Of a stretch of DNA of 64,000 nucleotides, positions 40,275 through 49,819 are shown in pieces. The notes under the pieces are model-generated. The model was not told where the DNA came from. It saw only the letters and a list, made by a program, of their open reading frames with translations, and searched no databases. The DNA is taken from IMG/VR virus record IMGVR_UViG_3300017963_002783, positions 5,471-69,470 of that record; one strand, 5' to 3'. This stretch comes from a virus. Position 1 is the first letter of the stretch. The number at the start of each line of letters is the position of its first letter. The translations under genes and the position numbers were made by a program.

Positions 40275-41110
40275 AAAGATATCAGGTAATTGTTCCCGCC
40301 TCAGAAGTTTTCATTCCGGGTTTGACGGTCTTCCTGAAAACTTTCTATCATTATCATCAGGACAAAGATATAGGCGTTACGCTTCTCAACTACGATCTGC
40401 CCGAAGATTACATTGCCCGCTGGCCGTTCGAGCAGATTATTCAGCTCGATACCGGCAGAAGTCCAGGACTTGTCTGTAAACTCGAAAGCTACCGGATTGC
40501 CGCAGAACAGGACAGGATAACCATGCTTGCCGATGCGGACAGTTTCTTTATGGCATCCATGTATCCCTACTTCCGGCTTGCGGAAATGGGCTACATTGTC
40601 GGGTCAGCCAATGGGCAGAACATTGTTTTCAAGCAGGACTACGAGGACTTGACGGGCATTCAGGGCATAGCGGGGAAGTTTGCCTATCGCACCATCGCGG
40701 CACCCCTTATTCTGGATCCACGAAAGCACGGTCAGGTGTTTACGGATGCCGTCAATCAATGGTGGAAAATAGGGGAGAATCATTCAACATCCATCTGGAT
40801 GCTTATGAATGCTTTCATGTGTATGCACAACAAGCAGGAGGATATTGTTCTCCTGCCCGCCCAACAATTAACCAACCTGCACCAGAAGATGCTCAAGCCC
40901 GGAACAAGAGTGAGAATGCACGAAGGGAAACTTGTAACCGAGGACGGGCTTCAGGTGCTTATGTGTCATGATAAATGGTGGCGGCAAAACTTCCTGGACG
41001 GCCTTATGAAGATGGGACAAAAATTTTGCAAAGGGGATTCCCATTGCTTAAATCAATGGAAAGGCAGCCGTGATTTGCTGAAAGCGGAGTTTGATAAATG
41101 GGCACAGTGA
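40271..41110 (+). CDS. Putative GT-A fold (GT8-like) glycosyltransferase
   Basis: CKL..Y, DAD (DxD) motif and late H..KWW. Confidence 0.55.
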   Translation: MKRYQVIVPASEVFIPGLTVFLKTFYHYHQDKDIGVTLLNYDLPEDYIARWPFEQIIQLDTGRSPGLVCKLESYRIAAEQDRITMLADADSFFMASMYPYFRLAEMGYIVGSANGQNIVFKQDYEDLTGIQGIAGKFAYRTIAAPLILDPRKHGQVFTDAVNQWWKIGENHSTSIWMLMNAFMCMHNKQEDIVLLPAQQLTNLHQKMLKPGTRVRMHEGKLVTEDGLQVLMCHDKWWRQNFLDGLMKMGQKFCKGDSHCLNQWKGSRDLLKAEFDKWAQ

Positions 41111-42216
41111 CAAAAGAGCCTGCCGGAAAGCAGGATATTCGATCCTGGTACGACAACGGCGACGGGGATGCCAAGACTTTTAGCCGTCAAACTTCTGAAG
41201 GATATAACCTGACCCTCCGGAAGCTGGACTGGGTAGGCATAGACGCTATGAGCGCCTTTGGCGGAAACGTACTCCAGGACTCCTCCGTTTTGGAAGACCT
41301 CATGACGGATGTGGGGGCATCCGACAGGGTGGCGGTATTTTTGGCTCCCGGTAAATGGCAAATTACTAAAGACCAGACCATTACGGGCAACCTTGTCCTG
41401 TTCATGCCCCCCGGCGCGTATTTCGATACGGACATTACAATCCGCAGTTCGGCTTACAAATGGACGCTCTCAGGTTCCGGCACGAATGAGTATTACCTGG
41501 AAGCCTCGGCGGGGGGCGACCCGGGCATTAATCAGCCGTCCTCTATTATAGAGAACGGCACGGCCATGACTGCCGGGGCTGTGGGAGGGCTTGCGGCAGG
41601 GGAGTGGGCCTGGGACGACAATGACACCCTTGGGTACGATACGGTCTACGTTAGGTTGTCGGACAATGTGGATCCGGACACCAAGGCGGCAAACTATGTC
41701 CTGGCAGGCTACACCCTCACAGTCAACGCCTGGATAGAGGCGGGACCGTATCAGATCGTGACGGGCTACGGGACGTTCACGTATACCGGGTACGACAACT
41801 CGGACAACTCGACGAGCGGAGGCGGGGAGGACAATCTCGCTTCGAGTACAATTCCCGCTTACGGTTTGGGAACCAAGCGGGGCATTCTGGTCAAGGCGGC
41901 GGGTACCAAAACGGGCCTGAACGGAAACAAGACTCTCAAGTTCTATTTCGGCACTAAGGAAATCACGGTCAACCTGCCGGCGAACAACGAGCACGATTGG
42001 CAGCTCACGGTGGAAATCTGGAACACGGCTACCAACGCCCAGCGCATAGCGTGGGAGTACATCGAAAGTCAGGCCGGGGCCGTCATGGAACACCGTGCCG
42101 ATTACGATACCGCAGCGATTGATACGACATCTGCCGTCACGGTGAAAATGACAGGCACTTGTGCCAATGCGAGCGACACGATAACCCAAACTATCTGGAG
42201 ATGGAACCCGATATGA
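41098..42216 (+). CDS. Tail fibre/spike-like protein A (no signal peptide)
   Basis: Thr/Gly-rich beta protein; N-terminal domain paralogous to 42213-44231. Confidence 0.6.
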   Translation: MGTVTKEPAGKQDIRSWYDNGDGDAKTFSRQTSEGYNLTLRKLDWVGIDAMSAFGGNVLQDSSVLEDLMTDVGASDRVAVFLAPGKWQITKDQTITGNLVLFMPPGAYFDTDITIRSSAYKWTLSGSGTNEYYLEASAGGDPGINQPSSIIENGTAMTAGAVGGLAAGEWAWDDNDTLGYDTVYVRLSDNVDPDTKAANYVLAGYTLTVNAWIEAGPYQIVTGYGTFTYTGYDNSDNSTSGGGEDNLASSTIPAYGLGTKRGILVKAAGTKTGLNGNKTLKFYFGTKEITVNLPANNEHDWQLTVEIWNTATNAQRIAWEYIESQAGAVMEHRADYDTAAIDTTSAVTVKMTGTCANASDTITQTIWRWNPI

Positions 42217-44231
42217 AAAAGCGAATAATGTTAGGGATATTCGGGGCCGTCCTTCTGGCGGCCTTTTTCGTGGTGCATTTTGGTATTGATACCATCATAG
42301 CGGGCACGGTTACGAAAGGGATTGTCGGCAAGCAGGACATCTATTTGGAGTATCAGGTGGATTCCACCAAGACGTTCTCGCGGCAGACTGCTACGGGCTA
42401 CAACCTCACCCTTAACAAGATTGACTGGGTAGGCATAGATCTTTGCCAGGTGTACGGCGGGGGGGTCAACCGGACTCGCTCCGTGCTGGTCCAGGCGGCA
42501 AGCGATACGGAAAGCGATAAGGTCCAATGGTGGATACAGCCCCATGAGGATGGCTGGGCCATCACGGACGACCTCGACCTGTCCGGATACGAGGATGTCA
42601 CCATAGTTTTGCCCGAAGGGGCGTACTTCAATATTTCCAACGGCAAGACCTTAAAGCTGTACTCCCCGGCCAACCTGGTGTGTGGACCCCGGCAGCAGAT
42701 TGTCAGCGGACTTGGTACGCTGGATTTTGAAAAGGACGGCGATTATCACGTCGCATGGAGGGGCGCGACAGGGGACGGTAGCACGAACGACACTTCGGCC
42801 ATCCAGACGGCAATAAGCGAAGCTGGGACGGGTAGGCTGATATTTCAAAGTTGCACCTACAAGGTAGTCTCCACGGCTGGCACTCCCGCCCTGTCTATCG
42901 GGGCCTCCCTGGACGTTGAGATGCCCCGGGATGCCATTATCGCGGATTACGGTGTGGGTACGACTGTTAAAATCGACACGGGAGCTGTCGAAGCAAAGGC
43001 CCAAGTGAATCTCGGTGTTATCCAGAGTGCAGATACTACGGACGGAACGGTCGGAGTTGACCGCCCAACAACTATGGTGCAGTTCTCAGACGCGAGATAC
43101 GTTAGCTGCCGTATAGAAAGCATAATAGGCAAGGCGACGAATGGTCTCTTGTTTTACGCCGGGGCCGGGGAAATAAATTATTGGAACCGGATTGACGGCC
43201 CTTACATACCTGCCAATCTGCATGGAGTGGATTATATCGTCCCGACAAACGGCGTGAAGTTCAACACGGCGGCTACGGGCTACAACAACGATAATGTCAT
43301 AGAGAATGCCATTACTTACAGATGCACGAACCATTACGTGGTTTACGGAAATAGCGGAACGAATGTCCTTCGGGAATGTGCCTGGAACGCTGGCGATAAT
43401 GGGGTCATTGTAGGTGACGGCACCTATAACGCCGAATATAACGCCTTCATGAATGTCCGGGGCGAAAACAACACAAGCTATTCCTACACTTTCGGCACTA
43501 CGGGCAATTACAACACGGTCTTTGCAAAACAATCCGGGGCGACCGCCTCGGTGATTTCCGACTCCGGGGCGGGCAATGAGGTTAAAACCGCCACCGGCAC
43601 GGTGGGCAGAAGCCTCGCGGCTTATAAAACGTTCAACGGAACCATGAACGGCGCGGGCATAAATATCACTGATGGAGTCACGTATCAATGGACGGCTTCC
43701 GGGTCCGGAACGGGGGAATACTATTGCGAAGCCCTCGGAGGAGGCAACCCGGGCCTGGCCGATCCCGACCATGTGGTCATGAACGGTACGGTCAGAAGCC
43801 AGGCTACGCTTGGGAGTTTGACAGCCGGAACGTGGAACTATGGCGACAATGATGTGCTTGGCTGGGACACCATCTATGTACGCCTTGACGACGATGCGGA
43901 TCCTGACAGTAAAGCCGCAGGGTGGCTTCGGACGGGTGAAAAGGGGTTAATCGCCAGACTTAGCCAGGGGGCGAATCGGCATATAAGAGTTCTGTCCGGT
44001 GGCGCCACGGACGAGGACGGTTCCCCAGACACTTTGTATCATATTATTCTTTATAATGTGTCGGATGAAACCGTGGAATATTCCATCAGTAATACGGCAA
44101 CCAGTAAAGGATATCCCCTTAAGCAAGCCAATTATGCCGTTGTGAAGGTTTACGAAATACGCCTTGTATGCTGCCTAGTGGCTGGCGGGGATATGATGGG
44201 CTGGATGACCATTAGCATGGACGGGGAGTAA
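42213..44231 (+). CDS. Tailspike-like beta-helix protein B with N-terminal signal peptide
   Basis: GATGDGSTNDTSAIQTAI pectate-lyase-3-like cap, Asn-rich beta-helix; leader MKKRIMLGIFGAVLLAAFFVVHFGIDTIIA. Confidence 0.75.
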   Translation: MKKRIMLGIFGAVLLAAFFVVHFGIDTIIAGTVTKGIVGKQDIYLEYQVDSTKTFSRQTATGYNLTLNKIDWVGIDLCQVYGGGVNRTRSVLVQAASDTESDKVQWWIQPHEDGWAITDDLDLSGYEDVTIVLPEGAYFNISNGKTLKLYSPANLVCGPRQQIVSGLGTLDFEKDGDYHVAWRGATGDGSTNDTSAIQTAISEAGTGRLIFQSCTYKVVSTAGTPALSIGASLDVEMPRDAIIADYGVGTTVKIDTGAVEAKAQVNLGVIQSADTTDGTVGVDRPTTMVQFSDARYVSCRIESIIGKATNGLLFYAGAGEINYWNRIDGPYIPANLHGVDYIVPTNGVKFNTAATGYNNDNVIENAITYRCTNHYVVYGNSGTNVLRECAWNAGDNGVIVGDGTYNAEYNAFMNVRGENNTSYSYTFGTTGNYNTVFAKQSGATASVISDSGAGNEVKTATGTVGRSLAAYKTFNGTMNGAGINITDGVTYQWTASGSGTGEYYCEALGGGNPGLADPDHVVMNGTVRSQATLGSLTAGTWNYGDNDVLGWDTIYVRLDDDADPDSKAAGWLRTGEKGLIARLSQGANRHIRVLSGGATDEDGSPDTLYHIILYNVSDETVEYSISNTATSKGYPLKQANYAVVKVYEIRLVCCLVAGGDMMGWMTISMDGE

Positions 44232-44237
44232 ACAACA

Positions 44238-44450
44238 ATGACGGGTTTAGAAGAGGTTCTGTTAGGGGCTGTCCTTCTGCTCGGAGGCGGCATAGGCGGC
44301 AAACTGATACTACCGGGAGTTTCGAGGCGCGACTGCACTAAAACCCATAAAGCCCTTGAAAAACTTATGGACACGAAGTTTGAAGGCATGGAGCAACGGC
44401 TCCAACGAATCGAGGACAAAATCGACTCGAACAACGGGAAGGGGAAATGA
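44238..44450 (+). CDS. Small TM plus coiled-coil protein (holin-like)
   Basis: N-terminal TM segment, C-terminal RLQRIEDKID; first gene after the tail module. Confidence 0.5.
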   Translation: MTGLEEVLLGAVLLLGGGIGGKLILPGVSRRDCTKTHKALEKLMDTKFEGMEQRLQRIEDKIDSNNGKGK

Positions 44451-44641
44451 CGGTTTGCGCTATTTAGCAACATATCGTCAGGAACGCTACCGCCTGCATC
44501 GGGGGTGTGTGTAAGTACCTTCACAAAGACGGGCGCATGGACGACCAGGAAAGAGTCTATATACTGGTGCAGCTTCGCAAAATAGAGCAAATCCTGGAAC
44601 CCCAGGAACCCGTTTGTACCGATATCCGATGGATAGCCTAG
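44447..44641 (+). pseudogene. 64-codon ORF with in-frame TAG at codon 7
   Basis: ATGA-coupled start with a purine-rich RBS; TAG at 44465-44467; frame then open to 44641. Confidence 0.35.
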
Positions 44642-44696
44642 AAGCTGTCTAAGTACACCGGCTTTAAGCCGGATTAACTTTAAGGAGGCCCAAAAC

Positions 44697-45494
44697 ATGA
44701 AGACAAAACTTTTTACAGCAACGTATCGGGGCCTTATCGTGTTTCTGTCACTATGCTTTTTGAGTGGGAACGCAATCGCATCGGAAAATGAAAAAGAAAC
44801 CGCTAAGGCTTTTGAATGTCCTTACAGCCACATTAGCGACCAGGACAAGTGCTTGACTTGTCATGGGCAGGGTTATCTATTCAAGAAAATCACAGAAGCC
44901 CGCATAGAATCTCTTTATAATCCTCCTGTTTATACAAGAATTTTAGTTGACAGTGCCGGAAACGAAATTGGCTATTTCGACCTTGGCGATGTCACTCACA
45001 ACTGCACAGGTAAATACTTACGGGAGGGCTTGAATTATCTGTTTGTGGATCATCAATTGGATAAATGCATAATTGACATTCATTCGCCTGGCGGGTCGCT
45101 GTTCGAAGCATGGAAAATTGTGGGCATCATCCAGGGATGGCAGGCTAAGGGCAAAATTATTCAAACACAATGTCACGCTTTTGCTATGTCTGCTGGCTTT
45201 CTCATTTTCGCTACGGGCAAGCCAAGACTTGTTTCCCCGATGGCTAACCTGATGTGGCATGAACTTCTCACGTTCTCAATGTTCTCCATCTCAACGCCCA
45301 GCTCCAGTGAGGATGAGGCCAAGATCTTACGAAAGTTACAGAACGCTGCCAATAGGCACTTGGCTAATGTCAGCAAAATGGCAAAGCAGGAAATAGACGA
45401 TGCCACACATAAAAAAGAGTTATGGATGACGGGCATTGAAGCCGTCAACCAGTACGGCTTTGCAGATGAATTAATAGGAGGTAACACACCATGA
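44697..45494 (+). CDS. Exported ClpP/crotonase-like serine protease with a CxxCH motif
   Basis: Signal peptide ending AIA; CLTCH; IHSPGGS, AMSAG (Ser) and MWHE (His) ClpP motifs; RBS AAGGAGG. Confidence 0.8.
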   Translation: MKTKLFTATYRGLIVFLSLCFLSGNAIASENEKETAKAFECPYSHISDQDKCLTCHGQGYLFKKITEARIESLYNPPVYTRILVDSAGNEIGYFDLGDVTHNCTGKYLREGLNYLFVDHQLDKCIIDIHSPGGSLFEAWKIVGIIQGWQAKGKIIQTQCHAFAMSAGFLIFATGKPRLVSPMANLMWHELLTFSMFSISTPSSSEDEAKILRKLQNAANRHLANVSKMAKQEIDDATHKKELWMTGIEAVNQYGFADELIGGNTP

Positions 45495-45880
45495 AAAAAC
45501 TGTTTCTCATTATCCCCTTGCTGGGCCTCATAACGGGCTGCGGCATCTTGAACCAGGGCGCCCTTCATGCCACGGACGAGTACGTCGCCTGCGTAGAGAC
45601 TCAAATGCAGGTCGTGGAGAAGGCTCTGTCTGTATGGCAGTTTGAGTCCGGCAAGATCAGGACGTTCTGCGGGCCGGAAGGTTGCGCCATGGAGCGGTAC
45701 GGCGCCCGGGCGATACGGGCCCTGGACACTTTGGACGAGATAGCCGCCATGCCCGAAAGAAGCCAGGAAGACTTGGGTAAGGCGTTTACCAGTTTCGGTA
45801 TTATTCTTGAAAGCATGGGCAAGGAGGTTATCGAGAACCTGGCTCCCAGAATCTTCGAGCTCATCGGGGAGTTTGTGTAA
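45491..45880 (+). CDS. Lipoprotein (possible spanin-like)
   Basis: Lipobox LITG-C; helical mature region. Confidence 0.65.
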   Translation: MKKLFLIIPLLGLITGCGILNQGALHATDEYVACVETQMQVVEKALSVWQFESGKIRTFCGPEGCAMERYGARAIRALDTLDEIAAMPERSQEDLGKAFTSFGIILESMGKEVIENLAPRIFELIGEFV

Positions 45881-46050
45881 TGCAAGATTACGACGATAAA
45901 GATTTAGTGATTGTGGCAGTCTTTCTGCTTTGCGCGCTGGCGATTGTGGTCTCTGTTTTTCAGCCCTTGGCGGCTGAGGTGACTCAGCTTGTCCAGAACG
46001 GCTTTTCGGGATTGTTTGGTGTAGCGATAGGTAGAAAGCTCAACCAATGA
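45880..46050 (+). CDS. Small membrane protein, holin candidate (56 aa, below ORF-track cutoff)
   Basis: Manual translation MQDYDDKDLVIVAVFLLCALAIVVSVFQPLAAEVTQLVQNGFSGLFGVAIGRKLNQ; TAATG coupling. Confidence 0.5.
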   Translation: MQDYDDKDLVIVAVFLLCALAIVVSVFQPLAAEVTQLVQNGFSGLFGVAIGRKLNQ

Positions 46051-46161
46051 TAAACGGCTCGCCTCGGGACTGCGGGAGATAGGCCCCAAAAAAACTCCAC
46101 TGAAGTACAGGCTAAAGCCCCGTTGTTTCGGGGCGTGTCGAAAAAAGTGAGGTAAACACAG

Positions 46162-47166
46162 ATGGCCTTACAATCAAGGGCGTTCTATAAGGCGAGGATC
46201 CAGATTGTTCGGGACACGGTGAGGCGGTTTCATCACCTCGGCAACCGCACCATTGCTAAATACATCCTCGAGAACTATGGGCCGCAGTTTGACAATGACC
46301 TGGAGAAAATCCGTAGCTCCGTGAGGCACGTTGTTGGCAAGAACGGTGAAAGGAATCGCCAGCGCACACCGGATAAAACCCTTTTCCGGGATACGGTAAG
46401 CCACATACCGGAAACGTGGCGGAAGATACGCACCGACTACCAGCTGGCGCCCGGGCTTTGGCTTGTTCTATCCGATCTTCACGTCCCGTACCACGAACCC
46501 GCAGCCATAGAAGCGGCGGTCCAGTACGGTCACACGGAAAAAATAAACGGCATATTCTTCAACGGGGATGTCCAGGATTGCGCCGCCGTATCCTACTGGC
46601 CCACGGCTAAAAGGGATTTCCCTCGAGAGATAGAACTCACGATTGATTTCTTCGACTTCATTCACAACGAGTTCCCTAAAGCGAAGAAGGTTTACAAGCC
46701 GGGAAACCACGAATACCGGCTTCCTAGGTACTTCCAGCAGCAGGCAAAGGAGATCGTGGATACCCCGATCGTTTCAGCCATGGAAGAGGTCATGGGATAC
46801 GAGCAGAGAGGGATTGAATTCCTAGATTACTTTCAGAAAGTCATGGCGGGAAAACTTCCCATTATTCATGGCCACGAAATCCCCCATCTTTCCAAAATGG
46901 TGAACGCAGCGCGAGGGTTGTATTTGAAGGCGAAGACGTTCTGTGCCTGTTCTCATTGTCATTCCAGATCAGAGCATACACCCAAAACCATCCACGGAGA
47001 CCTCCTGACCTGCTGGTCTTTCGGGTGTCTGTGTGATCTAAACCCGGACTACAACCCCTTTGGGAATGATTGGAATCACGGGTTCGCTCTAGTCAATGTG
47101 GATGCTGACGGCCAGTTCGAGGTGGTAAATCGCCGCATTCTACCTCATCGCTGGAAGGTGGTTTAG
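46162..47166 (+). CDS. Calcineurin-like metallophosphoesterase
   Basis: SDLHVP, NGDVQD, GNHE, HGHE and HCH motifs. Confidence 0.9.
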   Translation: MALQSRAFYKARIQIVRDTVRRFHHLGNRTIAKYILENYGPQFDNDLEKIRSSVRHVVGKNGERNRQRTPDKTLFRDTVSHIPETWRKIRTDYQLAPGLWLVLSDLHVPYHEPAAIEAAVQYGHTEKINGIFFNGDVQDCAAVSYWPTAKRDFPREIELTIDFFDFIHNEFPKAKKVYKPGNHEYRLPRYFQQQAKEIVDTPIVSAMEEVMGYEQRGIEFLDYFQKVMAGKLPIIHGHEIPHLSKMVNAARGLYLKAKTFCACSHCHSRSEHTPKTIHGDLLTCWSFGCLCDLNPDYNPFGNDWNHGFALVNVDADGQFEVVNRRILPHRWKVV

Positions 47167-47396
47167 ATGAGAGATTGGTTTTTTGTCAAAGACATCGACG
47201 AATACAACGCCTACATGGAGGACGTTCTCAGGCCTTTCGAGCCGGTCTTCCAGGCACACAAAGAACGCCTTGATTGGATTGCTGAAAATGCCATCCCGGA
47301 CGACGAAATGCCCGAGGTGTAAAGGAAAAAAGTTTGTTTATTTACAGCCCATCAGTAAGCTGGAACCTGTAACTTGCCCATTATGTAAAGGAACGG

Positions 47397-47759
47397 GTGA
47401 AAAATGTGAAACTGCCAAAAAGACTCAAGATAGGCGGTCATGATTGGAGAATTGTCTTTCCCTATCAGTTTATCGAATCAGACAAGAATTATGGTCTATG
47501 CGATTTTGGCATGAAAACGATATACATTTCCGCTGTGGACACGAATGGGAAGGAACGACCGGAAAGCTCTGTGTGGACTAGCCTGTTTCATGAAACCACT
47601 CATGCTATAGATGAAACCTTGTCTATGGGAGTGTTTGCCGGGGATGGCGAGAAAATGGAAACTATCACAGATGAGTTGAGAGAATCGAGGACGGAAGCCT
47701 GGAGTGAGATATGGTTTCAGGTATTGAACGATAACGGGCTACTCAAAAAGCCGAAGTAA
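47397..47759 (+). CDS. Small HExxH zinc-metallopeptidase-like phage protein
   Basis: LFHETTHA and a distal E. Confidence 0.6.
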   Translation: MKNVKLPKRLKIGGHDWRIVFPYQFIESDKNYGLCDFGMKTIYISAVDTNGKERPESSVWTSLFHETTHAIDETLSMGVFAGDGEKMETITDELRESRTEAWSEIWFQVLNDNGLLKKPK

Positions 47760-47793
47760 TTGATTTAATATCCTACTATTGTGCTAGGATGAC

Positions 47794-48789
47794 CTATTTA
47801 TAATCTTTCCATGCTTCTTTAATGCTTGAGTATCTACGATACATCCTAGTATTGACAAATCGCTGAAAGCGCCTTTCTTGCTTGGTACGGTTATACGGCA
47901 TTATATAGGGGTCATGCCCCAAGTTGTGAATCTTTTGACATCGGTAGAAATCTTCCTCCTGGGTAGTGTTGTAGCCGATAAGAACGTAAACAATACCTTT
48001 GGGGGCAATCATAAGCCCATCCAGAATTTTCCGCTCATCTTTCATCAAATCCCAAGCATAGTGAATTTTGCCCTTAAACTTGGTTTTCCTGAGTGCATCA
48101 GCTTTTTCTTCATCCATGAAACGTAAGTCATAGCCATTTTCATCAATCACGGTTAGATTAGCATCCCATATTTCTTCAAAAGTTTCTTTCCATTGGGGAT
48201 CTGCAAAAGTATTGTTATTCAGTAACCGGATTTTATCATATCGCTTATCATGAAAACTATATATGCTATCATGACTGCGATCCCCTTTATGATACATATT
48301 GGGTACTTTACAGAAAGGACAAAGGCGGGGGCAAAAACGAAAAGTATAGCCAAGGGAATAATCCAAATTAAACAAAGAGTAGTCAGGATACATCTCGTTG
48401 GTCTCGCATCGAAATAATCTCTCCACAGATTCCATCGAGGCCACTTGTTGTATGGTCCCGCTATGATTGTGGCGTCCGGTAAATCGAGTTCCTTTCTGAT
48501 GATTATCTCCATAAGTTTCAACAAAATATGGCCCCCCCTCTATATCGCATGGTACTTTTTCGGTAAAATCAAATAGCCAAGACCCATAGGTTAAATCAAA
48601 TTTACCAACACCATTTAACCAAACCTGATCACCGTTCGCTTTATGCCATGCTGAAATTTTCATTAGTGCTAAGTTATGATATTTGGCATCTGTGCAAAGA
48701 TTAATGTTCACTTGCCGACCCTTTGGACTCAGGAAGCCGAAGTAAGACTTGACGGAATTTGGCTTAATGCAGTCAGGTTTTATCCCCAC
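47794..48789 (-). CDS. Radical SAM family protein (phage type)
   Basis: NLALMKIS, CPRLCPFC (CxxxCxxC), YVLIGY, PYIMPY. Confidence 0.8.
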   Translation of the reverse strand: MGIKPDCIKPNSVKSYFGFLSPKGRQVNINLCTDAKYHNLALMKISAWHKANGDQVWLNGVGKFDLTYGSWLFDFTEKVPCDIEGGPYFVETYGDNHQKGTRFTGRHNHSGTIQQVASMESVERLFRCETNEMYPDYSLFNLDYSLGYTFRFCPRLCPFCKVPNMYHKGDRSHDSIYSFHDKRYDKIRLLNNNTFADPQWKETFEEIWDANLTVIDENGYDLRFMDEEKADALRKTKFKGKIHYAWDLMKDERKILDGLMIAPKGIVYVLIGYNTTQEEDFYRCQKIHNLGHDPYIMPYNRTKQERRFQRFVNTRMYRRYSSIKEAWKDYK

Positions 48790-49053
48790 CTATTCATAAT
48801 TCTTCCTTGACGTTCCGTTTCAAAACCCTGAAATTTCTCCCCTGTATCGCTACTCTGTGTCAAGCGGGGCATCTAGCCCCGCAGTCAAACTAACGGCAGT
48901 CGTCCGCATCTGCTAGCCGTTTTCACGATTATCACCCCCCTTCTTTATGGGAATTTGTTTACGCTCACATTTACAAACTTCATAGCCACACATTCGCCAG
49001 CGAAGTAATTCTAGCAAAATAGATTTCGGCGTTTCAGTGGAATTTTCCATCCA

Positions 49054-49476
49054 CTACTCCTTTACCCACTTCTCCCCATCCCATTTCTTGCCGTGGAGTT
49101 CATGCATTACGAAGGCAAGCCAGAGTTGTTCCATTGATTTAAATTGCATCACATATCTTTCCTGTTCGTCTGCTTCTTTAATAGCACAATAATGAGGCAT
49201 AACTCCTAATGTTTGTCTTTGGAAAGCAAAATCATGAAATTCATCAATGTGTCGCCAAAAGGGATCTTCAGGGAATACCATCTCCTGCAATTGATCCTGC
49301 CGGGGAAGCCAGATAGCTTGCCAAAAGCCAATAATATCATTTAGATAATGTGGAGTGAGCCCTAAAACGACTTTAACTTTATTGCGCGAAAAAACGATGT
49401 CTCCAAGTTGTGGATTCCATTGTCTCTGTATCTCAGGGCAGTCACACATTTTTATGTAAGTCTCAGGTATATCCAT
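49054..49476 (-). CDS. Hypothetical phage protein
   Basis: WLPRQDQLQEM and SMEQLWLAFVM; coupled to the upstream gene. Confidence 0.6.
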   Translation of the reverse strand: MDIPETYIKMCDCPEIQRQWNPQLGDIVFSRNKVKVVLGLTPHYLNDIIGFWQAIWLPRQDQLQEMVFPEDPFWRHIDEFHDFAFQRQTLGVMPHYCAIKEADEQERYVMQFKSMEQLWLAFVMHELHGKKWDGEKWVKE

Positions 49477-49819
49477 AATCTATCCCCTTTGCCTTCAGCG
49501 CAGCTCGGCAGATGGCGAGTGGGGCGGATTTATTCCAAGCCATAGCTAGGTTTTCTCCGTCTAAGCAGAAATGACACTCCCAATATTGTTTCTCCTCTTC
49601 CTCATGCCAGAATAGGTTGAATGCGCTTTTTTCTTTAATGAGCTTCTCCACCACCATCCACGCCTGAGAGATGTCGCGGGTGGGGTAGAACTTCTGGACA
49701 AAAAACATGGGATTATTTTTATCATTAAACCATATATTAGGGAAATCACCCGATTCTTCTCTATGCAATTCCATCACCTTCTCAGCAATCAGCCTATCTA
49801 TCTTGTCAAGGTCCATCAT
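49463..49819 (-). CDS. Phage ABA-sandwich-like protein
   Basis: IDRLIAEKVM, PTRDISQAWMVVEKL, APLAICRAAL. Confidence 0.7.
   Translation of the reverse strand: MMDLDKIDRLIAEKVMELHREESGDFPNIWFNDKNNPMFFVQKFYPTRDISQAWMVVEKLIKEKSAFNLFWHEEEEKQYWECHFCLDGENLAMAWNKSAPLAICRAALKAKGIDYGYT

Noticed and set aside
41098-44231. Diversity-generating retroelement TR/VR pair
   Set aside because: Similarity is diverged protein-level paralogy, not adenine-specific, and no reverse transcriptase is present.
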